Shown here one piece after another: positions 31,233 through 40,761 of a stretch of 64,000 nucleotides of DNA. Source of the DNA: a virus. The DNA lies in the IMG/VR virus record IMGVR_UViG_3300003937_000343, positions 6,693-70,692 of that record; one strand, given 5' to 3'. The notes beneath the pieces are model-generated. The model saw only the letters and a list, made by a program, of their open reading frames with translations, was not told the DNA's origin and ran no database searches. The number at the start of each line of letters is the position of its first letter. Position 1 is the first letter of the stretch. The translations under genes were made by a program, and so were the position numbers.

Positions 31233-31889
31233 ATGGATCATAATAGAATAAATTATTATAAAAACGGAGTTGTTGTGATTGATGATTTTTTACCTACTGA
31301 TGTTTATAATGAGATGGTAGATATTTTTTATAAAGGGGAATATGTAGAAATTGCACAATCATTTGATGATAGATATGAGTTGTGGAAAACTGATGATAAG
31401 AATTTCCCATCGACAGATGAAGTATATACAAATCATTTTTGGGGAAGTCCAGAAATTTCTCATAATCCAAATGTTTTGGATATGTATGGAGATTATATAA
31501 AACCTGTAATACAATCTATAACAATGGGAGAATCTGGAAAAGGTAGACACCAATCAACAAAGTATCATAATAATTCTAAAGATTTTTTAAGAACACATAT
31601 AGATGATTATATGGGTTATATTGGATATGTGATGCATTTTCAAAAAGAAACATGGAAATATGATTGGGGTGGATTATTACAGATGGTTAAAGATGGTGAA
31701 ATTAAAACTATTTTACCACAACCAAATAGGTTGGTAGTTCATAATCATTCACTTGGAATGCCACATTGGGTTACTCCAGTTAATTCTTGGGCAAAAGAAG
31801 ATAGATATACTCTTACTGGATTTTGTATTAAGAAAGATGATGAGATACCTAAAACTTGGGAGAGTAGAAATGATTATTCTATATATTAA
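31233..31889 (+). CDS. 2OG-Fe(II) oxygenase (prolyl-hydroxylase-like)
   Basis: FLRTHID, WGGLL, PQPNRLV, PHWVTPV, RYTLTGF. Confidence 0.8.
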   Translation: MDHNRINYYKNGVVVIDDFLPTDVYNEMVDIFYKGEYVEIAQSFDDRYELWKTDDKNFPSTDEVYTNHFWGSPEISHNPNVLDMYGDYIKPVIQSITMGESGKGRHQSTKYHNNSKDFLRTHIDDYMGYIGYVMHFQKETWKYDWGGLLQMVKDGEIKTILPQPNRLVVHNHSLGMPHWVTPVNSWAKEDRYTLTGFCIKKDDEIPKTWESRNDYSIY

Positions 31890-31900
31890 GGAGATGAAAA

Positions 31901-32917
31901 ATGTTTAAAGATAAAAAAGTAGTAGTAACAGGGGGAAGTGGTTTTATTGGAACACACTTTATAGAGGAGTTATTAGATAGAGGTGCGTTAGTAAAAACTC
32001 ATACTCACGAATCACCTTTAAAAATAAAAGATAGTAGAATTGAAGTATTAGAAAATATTAATTTAGAAAAGTTAGAGGATGCACTTATATTAATTGAGGG
32101 GGCTGATTATGTAATACACGCTGCTGGATACATTGGACACCCATCGGACATTGCTACAGATTTTCAAATAGCATTGAATCAGATAACTGTAATTACAAAT
32201 GTTTTAGAGGCTTCTTATAAATCAAATGTTAAGGGATTTTTAGATTTAAATAGTTCTACAGGTTATCCTGATAGACGATATCCAATTACAGAAGATGAAT
32301 ATTGGGATGGAGAACCATATATTTCTTATTATGGATATGGTTGGATGAGAAGATATAGAGAAAAAGTTATGGAACACGCTTCACATTTATCTGATATGAA
32401 AATTGGTATTGCAAGAGGAACTGCAATATTTGGGCCACATGATAACTTTAATTTAAAAACTTGTCATGTTGTACCAGCATTGATAAAAAGAGTATTAAGT
32501 GGAGAGAATCCTTTTGTGGTTTGGGGAAGTCCTGATGTAGTTAGAGATTTTCTTTATGTAAAAGATGTAATTAAAGGTTGTTTATTGGTATTAGAAAAGG
32601 GGGAATCTATGAAACCATATAATGTTGGTTATGGTTCTACTGTAACTATTGGGGAAATTGTGGATGTTATTTTAAAGACAACTGGTAAAACACCAAATGT
32701 AGAATGGGATAATTCTAAACCTACTACTATTCCATTTAGAATGGTAAGTACTGAAAGAATTACGAAAGAACTTGGATTTAAACCAGATTATACTTTCGAA
32801 GAGGGTATGAAAGAAACAGTTGAATGGTATAAAGAGAATGATGATGATTATGTAGAAGATTACAGTTATAGTTGTTATCCATCATGGGAAAGATCACTCA
32901 AGGAAAACAAAAAATGA
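31901..32917 (+). CDS. NAD-dependent epimerase (GDP-fucose-synthase-like)
   Basis: VTGGSGFIG, FGPHDNF...HVVPALIKR, WGSPDVVRDFLYV. Confidence 0.85.
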   Translation: MFKDKKVVVTGGSGFIGTHFIEELLDRGALVKTHTHESPLKIKDSRIEVLENINLEKLEDALILIEGADYVIHAAGYIGHPSDIATDFQIALNQITVITNVLEASYKSNVKGFLDLNSSTGYPDRRYPITEDEYWDGEPYISYYGYGWMRRYREKVMEHASHLSDMKIGIARGTAIFGPHDNFNLKTCHVVPALIKRVLSGENPFVVWGSPDVVRDFLYVKDVIKGCLLVLEKGESMKPYNVGYGSTVTIGEIVDVILKTTGKTPNVEWDNSKPTTIPFRMVSTERITKELGFKPDYTFEEGMKETVEWYKENDDDYVEDYSYSCYPSWERSLKENKK

Positions 32918-33876
32918 AAATACTAATAACAGGTGGAGCAGGATATTTAGGTTCAGTAATAACAAGAAACTTATTAAAAAATCATGAAGTAATAGTATAT
33001 GATAATTTGATGTATAATCAAACATCATTAGTTGATTTATGTCATCACAAAAATTTTATATACCATTATGGAGATGTTCGTGAGTGGAGTAAATTAAAAT
33101 ATATAATGGAAGAAGTTGATGTTATTATTCCATTAGCAGCATTGGTTGGATTTCCAAGTTGTGAAAAGGATAAAGAATTAGCAACAAGTATCAATACAAC
33201 TCAAATAAAAAATATAGTTGATATGTTAACACCAGATCAAAGGATTTTATATCCAAATACGAATAGTGGTTATGGAAGTAGAGTAGATGGTATGGTAGAT
33301 GAAACAAATTCATTAACACCAATTACACATTATGGAGTAACTAAATGTGAAGCAGAAGATTATATTATGAAAGAAAGTAATGGAATAGTTTTCAGATTAG
33401 CAACTGTATTTGGTGTGTCGAGTCGTATGAGATTAGATTTATTGGTAAATGAATTTGTATATAAATTATTAACCGATAGATATATTACATTATTTGAACA
33501 CGAATTTGTTAGAAACTTTATTCATATACAAGATGTAAGTTCTGCGTTTGAGTTTATGATTGATAATTATGATAAATATCAAGGGCAGATATTCAATGTA
33601 GGATTATCAGATACTAATATTAATAAGAAAGAATTAGTTGAAAGAATTCAAAAACAAATATCAAATACTTCTGTTACTTATTCTGATTATTATGAAGATC
33701 CAGATAAAAGAAATTATATTGTTAGTAATAAAAAAATAGAATTAACAGGTTGGAAACCACAATATAGTATTGATGATGGAATTACAGAATTGATACAAGC
33801 ATACAAAATGATAGTTCCACAAGAGAGTTCAAGATATAGAAATGCATTTCCATTAACTTATGGAATCGGAACATAA
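32914..33876 (+). CDS. NAD-dependent epimerase/dehydratase
   Basis: ITGGAGYLG, YGVTK (YxxxK), RLATVFG, RNFIHIQD. Confidence 0.85.
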   Translation: MKILITGGAGYLGSVITRNLLKNHEVIVYDNLMYNQTSLVDLCHHKNFIYHYGDVREWSKLKYIMEEVDVIIPLAALVGFPSCEKDKELATSINTTQIKNIVDMLTPDQRILYPNTNSGYGSRVDGMVDETNSLTPITHYGVTKCEAEDYIMKESNGIVFRLATVFGVSSRMRLDLLVNEFVYKLLTDRYITLFEHEFVRNFIHIQDVSSAFEFMIDNYDKYQGQIFNVGLSDTNINKKELVERIQKQISNTSVTYSDYYEDPDKRNYIVSNKKIELTGWKPQYSIDDGITELIQAYKMIVPQESSRYRNAFPLTYGIGT

Positions 33877-33942
33877 TGAAACCAGATTTAAAATCTACTT
33901 TACCATCAGAATATGTAAGATTATAATATAAGGAGATTATAG

Positions 33943-34473
33943 ATGGAAAATACAATTTATAAAGATGAATTAACAAAGTCAATGAATTATTTGGCATCAC
34001 AAGATAATACAATATTTGTAGGACAACAAATTGTATATAAGGGAAATCCAATGTCAACAACGATTGAAGAAGTTCCAAAAGAAAGAATGATAGAAACACC
34101 TGTACTCGAAGAAGTACAGTTAGGAATGTCAACGGGACTTTCAATAACAGGAATGTGTGTTGTTAGTTTTTATCCAAGATGGGATTTTTTACTTTGTGCC
34201 AGTAATCAATTAGCTACACACTTGGATAATTTTAAAGAAATGACTAATCAAGATGCTCATGTAATTATTAGAGTAGGTAAAGGCAGTGATGATCCACTGG
34301 ATCCAGGTGTACAGCATAAAGGAGATTATAGTGAGGCTTTTAGAAAAATTTTAAAAAATATAGAAATTATTAATTTTGATTCACATGAAAATATTTATGA
34401 AACTTATGTTAATGCTTATAAAAATGGAAAACCAATTATTTTGGTAGAATATCCTGAAAAATATTATGAATAA
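33943..34473 (+). CDS. TPP-dependent enzyme, E1-beta/transketolase pyrimidine-binding subunit (short)
   Basis: IFVGQ, ETPVLEEVQLGMSTGLS, YPRWDFL, GVQH, PIILVEY; SD AGGAG upstream. Confidence 0.75.
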   Translation: MENTIYKDELTKSMNYLASQDNTIFVGQQIVYKGNPMSTTIEEVPKERMIETPVLEEVQLGMSTGLSITGMCVVSFYPRWDFLLCASNQLATHLDNFKEMTNQDAHVIIRVGKGSDDPLDPGVQHKGDYSEAFRKILKNIEIINFDSHENIYETYVNAYKNGKPIILVEYPEKYYE

Positions 34474-35779
34474 AATTATTTTATTATATGATAAAGTAAA
34501 CAAACCAAATTTAAATGATATTGGATATAGGAATAGACGACATAAATGCGAATGTTCTTCTGCTCCATTGGACTGTGAAAGACATACTCAAGTATTTCAG
34601 TCTGGTATATCCGATAAATTTCTATGTAATATAATAGATAAAGTTAAAGATTTTGATTCAGATACTCTCTATTGTTATCCATTAGAACATTTTGGAACTT
34701 TATCGAAAGCTGTTTCAATAAAAAGATATTCTTTAATAAAAAATTTATCTGATGATATTGTAAATAAACTTAATACTATAGATAATTTTGTTTTATTTAT
34801 TGTTAATTTATATGAATGTTCGATAAATAAGAGAAATTTTAGAATATTACATAAACATTTAGAAGAACGGGGTATTAATCCAGAAAAGGTAGTATGTGGA
34901 CAATATAGTAATGGTCATATTTTAGATTGGTATGATGAGATATGTAGAAATAAACAAATTAAAAAGAAAATAAAATTTGCATTTTGTGATTATCCATTGG
35001 TTAGGAAAGCAAAAGAGGCGGTTGAAAATAATTTTTATAACAATATTGATTTTTTAACTGTGAAGAGAAAGAAAAAAGTATTATGTTATAATAGAAGAGT
35101 AACGAAACCACATAGGATGTTATTTTTAATATTAGTGGAACGAGATAAGTTATTTGATGATAATTTAATATCATTTAATTTTAAATTTCAGGAGGAGAGA
35201 CATCAACTTTATTCTAAAAAAAGTGGATTTGAACCATATGGTGAGTGGGATCAAAAATTATTTATAGATAAAAGAAAGTATAGTAATATTTTTGAAAAAT
35301 TATTAAAGAGGGAAAAAAATATTATTGATTGTGAAAATTTTGATGAGGTTAATGGATTTGGGTATGAATATCCAGAAACTTATAAAAATTCTTATGTTAG
35401 TTTTGTTACTGAAAGTTCAAACTTTGATCCATATTCTTATATAACTGAAAAATCATTTAAACCATTTTGTCATTTTCATCCTTTTATTGTTTCGGGAAGT
35501 TATTTGACACTTAGTAAATTAAGAAAGTTTGGATTTAAAACTTTTGATAAGTGGTGGGATGAGAGTTATGATGAAGAGCCAAATCATAATATTAGATTTA
35601 AAAAAGCATATGATATTTTTTTACAATTGAATAAAATGACATTAGATGAATTGCATAATATGTATTTGGAAATGATTCCTATTTTGAAACATAATTATAA
35701 TTTAATGCTAGATTATGGAAAAAGTGAAGAAAACTTTTGGATTGATTATAAAAAAAGGATTATTAATAATTATGTATGA
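34466..35779 (+). CDS. Putative glycosyltransferase-like protein (TEK..KP family)
   Basis: LCYNRR...HR, FVTES...ITEKSFKP...HPFI...LRKFGFKTFDKWWDESYD. Confidence 0.5.
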   Translation: MNKIILLYDKVNKPNLNDIGYRNRRHKCECSSAPLDCERHTQVFQSGISDKFLCNIIDKVKDFDSDTLYCYPLEHFGTLSKAVSIKRYSLIKNLSDDIVNKLNTIDNFVLFIVNLYECSINKRNFRILHKHLEERGINPEKVVCGQYSNGHILDWYDEICRNKQIKKKIKFAFCDYPLVRKAKEAVENNFYNNIDFLTVKRKKKVLCYNRRVTKPHRMLFLILVERDKLFDDNLISFNFKFQEERHQLYSKKSGFEPYGEWDQKLFIDKRKYSNIFEKLLKREKNIIDCENFDEVNGFGYEYPETYKNSYVSFVTESSNFDPYSYITEKSFKPFCHFHPFIVSGSYLTLSKLRKFGFKTFDKWWDESYDEEPNHNIRFKKAYDIFLQLNKMTLDELHNMYLEMIPILKHNYNLMLDYGKSEENFWIDYKKRIINNYV

Positions 35780-36569
35780 TGAAGTAACAGCTGAACCTTG
35801 TTCATTTTGTAATTTTTGGTTATATAACGAGGAAGTTTTAAAATTAAATGAACCAGATAATATAAAAAAATTATTAATGGATATATTCTCTCATCCACTT
35901 ATAACTGGTAATAATGAATATTGGCTGAAGAGGCCACTATTTTTCCAAAGTGAAGGTCGCGAATTACGAATCTATGATGGTGGATGTATTGTTCATCCAA
36001 GCGACTACCAGCCTGGTTCAGGAGATAGTGGTGATAAGTTGGAAGATTGTGTTAATGGAGTTTTATACATAATAAAATTTTTACAAAAATACAAACCCAA
36101 ACGAATTTTAGAAATTGGTATGAATGCAGGTGCATTTTCAATTATAGCAAAAGTAGTTTTGGACGATGTAAAAATATTTACTGTAGAACGAGTTGAAGGA
36201 TTTTTAATACGAAGAGATCAAATAAATGAATATTTTGGAGAAGAGTTGATAACTTTATATCATGGTGATAGCAGTGATCCAGAATTTAAAAAATGGGTAA
36301 GTGAACATGCACCATATGAATTAGCTTGGATAGATGGTTGTCATGATGAATTTCATTCTACAAATGATATAGAAACGGCTATAAATAATAATATTGATAT
36401 TATTGCTTGTGATGACTGTGGTAAAGATTTACATACTGAAGTTTGGAAAAGTGTAGAAAAACTTCAAAATGTAATAAAAGTTATAGGAGAAAATAAGAGA
36501 AGAAGTAGGGATGATGGGATTCCCTATACTTCACAAGGGGCAATTACACTCTGTGAGATTATAAAATGA
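35772..36569 (+). CDS. Class I SAM-dependent methyltransferase
   Basis: ILEIGMNAG, GDS, AWIDGCH, IACDD. Confidence 0.75.
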   Translation: MYDEVTAEPCSFCNFWLYNEEVLKLNEPDNIKKLLMDIFSHPLITGNNEYWLKRPLFFQSEGRELRIYDGGCIVHPSDYQPGSGDSGDKLEDCVNGVLYIIKFLQKYKPKRILEIGMNAGAFSIIAKVVLDDVKIFTVERVEGFLIRRDQINEYFGEELITLYHGDSSDPEFKKWVSEHAPYELAWIDGCHDEFHSTNDIETAINNNIDIIACDDCGKDLHTEVWKSVEKLQNVIKVIGENKRRSRDDGIPYTSQGAITLCEIIK

Positions 36570-37384
36570 TTGATGATTTTACTTTTATTGAGATTGAAAT
36601 ATTTTCTTACTGTAACAGAAAGTGTTGGTTTTGTCCAAACTCCTTTATAGATAGGAAAAGTGAAAATCTAATAATGTCTGAGGAAAAATATTTAAGTATC
36701 TTACAACAATTAAAAGATATGAATTTTGAAGGTGAGATAGCTTATAGTAGATATAACGAACCTTTATCTCATAAAGATATTTTTATAAAAAGATTAGAGC
36801 AAGCTAGAGAATACTTACCAAAAGCAAAATTAAGAACCAACTCAAATGGTGATTATGTTACAAAAGATTACATAATTGATTTAGAAAGAGCAGGATTAGA
36901 TGAATTATTTATTCAACAATATTTAAAAAATAATGAAATCTATAATCACACCAGAGTTAAAAAAGAAATAAAAAGAAAATTAGATAAAGTTGGATTACCT
37001 TATAAATTACTATACGATTATGAAGATAGAAAAATTGAATATGATTTATCTTATAAAGATATGACTGTTCATATTAGGGGGAGAAACTTTACATATGATG
37101 GAAGTAGTAGAGGTGAAACAGTACCTTTAGCAGTAGATTATGTTAGAACTGAAAGATGTTTAAAACCATTTACTTCAATGTATATTGATTACAATGGTAG
37201 CGTAATGATATGTTGTAATCTCCGCTCAGATATAAAACAACATGATATCGGATATATGGGTAACTCATTTGAAACACCAATAAAAGAAATTTGGAATGGT
37301 GATAGATATTTAAGTTGGAGAAACCACCACCAGTCCAATGGATCAAAAGAAGGTGCATGTAGAAGTTGTAAAATAGGATTATGA
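36566..37384 (+). CDS. Radical SAM/SPASM-twitch protein
   Basis: CNRKCWFC, YNEPL; C-terminal C..PF...GSVMICC...CRSC. Confidence 0.85.
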   Translation: MIDDFTFIEIEIFSYCNRKCWFCPNSFIDRKSENLIMSEEKYLSILQQLKDMNFEGEIAYSRYNEPLSHKDIFIKRLEQAREYLPKAKLRTNSNGDYVTKDYIIDLERAGLDELFIQQYLKNNEIYNHTRVKKEIKRKLDKVGLPYKLLYDYEDRKIEYDLSYKDMTVHIRGRNFTYDGSSRGETVPLAVDYVRTERCLKPFTSMYIDYNGSVMICCNLRSDIKQHDIGYMGNSFETPIKEIWNGDRYLSWRNHHQSNGSKEGACRSCKIGL

Positions 37385-38574
37385 AAACAGTAAAGTTTTA
37401 TAAATTAGAAAATAAAGTAAGTATATTATTACCAACGGACTGGCTTTTGGGTAATTCTGGGTTTCCTATAATAAGAACCGAAGAACATTGTAACAATTAC
37501 GGACCACTACATATTACCAATAACAGTTTAGAGTTACTTAATGTTAAAGATGCCGATAAAGACCGTACATATGATTATTTAATTATAAGTGGGTATGATG
37601 AAGAGCTTATACATAGTGTAAAATCGGAAGCATATGAAAATATAAAAGTAAAAGAGATATTGGTATCTCATCCAGGTGAATATACTACAGCTAAAGAGTT
37701 AGAAAGATTTGGAAATTGGTTAGTTAACAACAACATACAATATAATAGAAAAAAAGTAATACTATCTGTTGATGAGTATATAGAAGAAACATATGGTTGG
37801 GAAATATTCAAATATCCATTTTCAGCATTAAGATTTTTTTGTGGAAAACACAACTCTACATTCCAACCATTTGGTGCGGATAATCATGTGTATATGGGTG
37901 TACCATTTAGTCAAAAGCGTAAACCAAAGCTATTTAATTGTTTGATGAATGCTAGTAGGCGGGGTAGACTACATTTAGCTCAAGCATTAGTAGATGCAGA
38001 AATCTTAAAACATGGTACTGCATTTTGGCATAATATGGAATGGGAAGATGAAACAATACAAACATATGGTGAACATTGGATTGACCCATATTGGGCTAAT
38101 GATGGTGATAGGTTTAGATTCCACCCAGCTCATGCAAATAACGCATACATAGAAGTACAATGTGAATCTCACATATATCCAAACTCTAAATTTGTTACTG
38201 AAAAATCTTCTAAACCTTTTATGGGATTACAATTTCCATTCTTTTTTGCACAACCAAATTATTATCAGTATTTTAGAGATTGGGGATTTGATATGTTTGA
38301 TGATATATTTGACCATTCATACGATACGCTGGAAATAAACACAAATGAACAATTACACTATAAAGCAAAAGTATTTGTTAATGAATTAAAAAAGACAGCT
38401 GAATTAGATATGCATGAATTATATATTGAAAATAGAGATAGATTACTACACAATCAAAAGAGATTATTTCAATTAGTTCACATTGATAATGATAGAGAAT
38501 TTGCTTTGGGTAAATTTATATTTGAGGATAATATAAATAAAAATAATACTTTCACAAAAAAAGTTCCTCAATAA
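37381..38574 (+). CDS. Putative glycosyltransferase-like protein (TEK..KP family)
   Basis: FNCLM...R, VQCES...VTEKSSKP...FPFF...WGFDMFDDIFDHSYD. Confidence 0.5.
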   Translation: MKTVKFYKLENKVSILLPTDWLLGNSGFPIIRTEEHCNNYGPLHITNNSLELLNVKDADKDRTYDYLIISGYDEELIHSVKSEAYENIKVKEILVSHPGEYTTAKELERFGNWLVNNNIQYNRKKVILSVDEYIEETYGWEIFKYPFSALRFFCGKHNSTFQPFGADNHVYMGVPFSQKRKPKLFNCLMNASRRGRLHLAQALVDAEILKHGTAFWHNMEWEDETIQTYGEHWIDPYWANDGDRFRFHPAHANNAYIEVQCESHIYPNSKFVTEKSSKPFMGLQFPFFFAQPNYYQYFRDWGFDMFDDIFDHSYDTLEINTNEQLHYKAKVFVNELKKTAELDMHELYIENRDRLLHNQKRLFQLVHIDNDREFALGKFIFEDNINKNNTFTKKVPQ

Positions 38575-38607
38575 TTTTGTTTGTGAAGAAATATAAAGGA
38601 GATATAA

Positions 38608-38718
38608 ATGAACATATTTAAATTGTTAAAAGAGAAATTAAGACAATTTCGATTAAATAGAAAATATAAAGAGAAGATTAAGGAACTTAAAAAACGAGAT
38701 CCTTTTATCTATAAATAA
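38608..38718 (+). CDS. 36-aa basic protein (not in the ORF track)
   Basis: AAAGGAG SD followed by MNIFKLLKEKLRQFRLNRKYKEKIKELKKRDPFIYK*. Confidence 0.6.
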   Translation: MNIFKLLKEKLRQFRLNRKYKEKIKELKKRDPFIYK

Positions 38719-38721
38719 AAA

Positions 38722-39516
38722 ATGAAAAAACTTTATATAAATGGAAGTAGTATAACTTCAGGATGGCCATTAAATAGAAAAAGTATAATTGATTTATATC
38801 ATGAACACTATAAAATAGAAAAGTGGGCAGATGGAGATTCAGATGATGTAATGGAATCTGAATCAAATAGGTTAGTTAATTGGCCAACAAGATTATCTAA
38901 ACTTTTGAATGTAGATTTAGTAGATGAAAGTAGGCATGGTGGTTCTGTAAATAGAGTTATACGAATGACATATGAATATATAGAAGATAATAATATAGAT
39001 GATACCTTATTTATATTAGAGTTTCCATCAGGGTATAGAGATGAGTTATTTTCAATTAAACTTGATAGGTTATTTAACATAACAATTGGTAATGTACAAG
39101 ACATTGGGGATGGAACAGAATTAAGGAGTGATAATAAAAAAGTATTTAATGAACTGAATAGCTATTTTAAAAATTTTGTTGATCAAGAAACACATTTTAA
39201 AAAAGAATTTTTGTCATTTGTTGGATTAATTAGTTATATGAAATCAATGAATGTAAATTTTTTAATCATCAATCAATCAATTACTGATGAGTATAGTGAA
39301 TACTATCCACAAATTTTTAAAAGTTTAGATATAGAAGATAGAATAGTTAAATGGGATGGTGGAGACTGTATAGTTAAGTGGTATTGGAATGATAATAATT
39401 TACATTTAGGTGGAGACTTTAAACATATAACTGGATATGATGATTATCATCCTGGTTATTTTGGACATATAAAAATAGCTGAATATTTATATGAATATTT
39501 AAATGAAAAAAAATAA
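38722..39516 (+). CDS. SGNH-like protein
   Basis: INGSSITSG, DESRHGGS, DYHPGYFGH. Confidence 0.6.
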   Translation: MKKLYINGSSITSGWPLNRKSIIDLYHEHYKIEKWADGDSDDVMESESNRLVNWPTRLSKLLNVDLVDESRHGGSVNRVIRMTYEYIEDNNIDDTLFILEFPSGYRDELFSIKLDRLFNITIGNVQDIGDGTELRSDNKKVFNELNSYFKNFVDQETHFKKEFLSFVGLISYMKSMNVNFLIINQSITDEYSEYYPQIFKSLDIEDRIVKWDGGDCIVKWYWNDNNLHLGGDFKHITGYDDYHPGYFGHIKIAEYLYEYLNEKK

Positions 39517-40360
39517 AATATTATTTGCTGGAACATCACATACTTTTGGACTTGGGCTGGAAATTGAGTTTAGGCCAAAGTATAATGATGATGAATGGTT
39601 AAAGAAAAATGGTTTAATTTTACCTTTACCACGAGAGCCCGAGGATGAATATTATTGGAAAAATTACCGCTGGCCAAAATTAGTTTGTGATGAGTTTAAT
39701 ATGATAGAGTTTAATACATTTGATTTAGATAGTGAACCGCGGATAAGTTGTAATGGAATAGAATTTTTATATTTTATGCATTCAGATAAGGAATTGGGTA
39801 AGTATTTGCTGGATGTAAAGTATGTTGTGATAGAATTTCCTGGATATCTTCGTTGGTGGGATAAAGAATTACATGGAAAAGATGAAAAAAAATACCCAAA
39901 TACTATCAGGGAAGTAGTTAATTTTATTGAAAATTCTAATGAAGATTTTCAAGAAAGAATTAAAGCAATACAATGGTTAGATGAGGCCGATTATCCCAGG
40001 TATATATCAATTGCATTAAAGAAATACTTTGAATTGAAATCCGAGTATAAAGATGTAATTTTTATGTTATTGCCCTGGAGTCTTCCATTTGATCAAAAAA
40101 ATGATTTGGGAAAATATTATGTAGAAGAAGAACTGGTTGATTTAAATGGATTTCAATCAGTATCAGATTATTTGAGTGTAAATAAATGTCATATTTATGA
40201 TAGTTGTAAGGCATTTAATGGAAATTATAAATATACACTTAAAGATGATCATGCAAATTCTGAAGGTCATAAATGGGTAGCATCTAAAGTAGTAAATCAT
40301 ATTAGAAATAAATTTTATACAGAAGAAAATTCAAAATTTAAGGGGATGGATTTATTGTGA
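39503..40360 (+). CDS. SGNH-like protein
   Basis: FAGTSHTFG, DDHANSEGH. Confidence 0.55.
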   Translation: MKKNKILFAGTSHTFGLGLEIEFRPKYNDDEWLKKNGLILPLPREPEDEYYWKNYRWPKLVCDEFNMIEFNTFDLDSEPRISCNGIEFLYFMHSDKELGKYLLDVKYVVIEFPGYLRWWDKELHGKDEKKYPNTIREVVNFIENSNEDFQERIKAIQWLDEADYPRYISIALKKYFELKSEYKDVIFMLLPWSLPFDQKNDLGKYYVEEELVDLNGFQSVSDYLSVNKCHIYDSCKAFNGNYKYTLKDDHANSEGHKWVASKVVNHIRNKFYTEENSKFKGMDLL

Positions 40361-40761
40361 ATGAGAATCAGTTTTTTTTAGAATTATTTCCACAAGATTA
40401 TGAACTTCTTGATATAAAAAACTTCAAAGATTTTGATGGGAGTTCATTTCATTTTGTAAAAGATTTGGAAGAATTAAATCAGCGAGATGAAGAAGAGGGT
40501 CCAGTTTGTGAGTGTGTGGGTGAGAATACTAATAAATCATTAACATTATATTTCCAATCAATCATCAATCAAGGTATTGAATTACCTATTTTTGTCAATT
40601 CAAAGAATCAAGTTATGGATGGGCATCATAGAATACAGGCATATCATTTACTTGGAAGAACTGAAATACCTGTCTATCGAAATAGATTATGGAGAAATCA
40701 TGGATTCTGTTGGAAACAAGGATTATTAGGTAAAAGGAGATTAAGAACACGACCATGGTAA
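40357..40761 (+). CDS. ParB/Srx N-terminal-like domain protein
   Basis: PIFV...VMDGHHRIQAY..LG..EIPV. Confidence 0.65.
   Translation: MNENQFFLELFPQDYELLDIKNFKDFDGSSFHFVKDLEELNQRDEEEGPVCECVGENTNKSLTLYFQSIINQGIELPIFVNSKNQVMDGHHRIQAYHLLGRTEIPVYRNRLWRNHGFCWKQGLLGKRRLRTRPW

Noticed and set aside
26060-34473. Pyruvate dehydrogenase auxiliary metabolic genes
   Set aside because: Both subunits are short, no E2/E3 is present, and the context is nucleotide-sugar enzymes.
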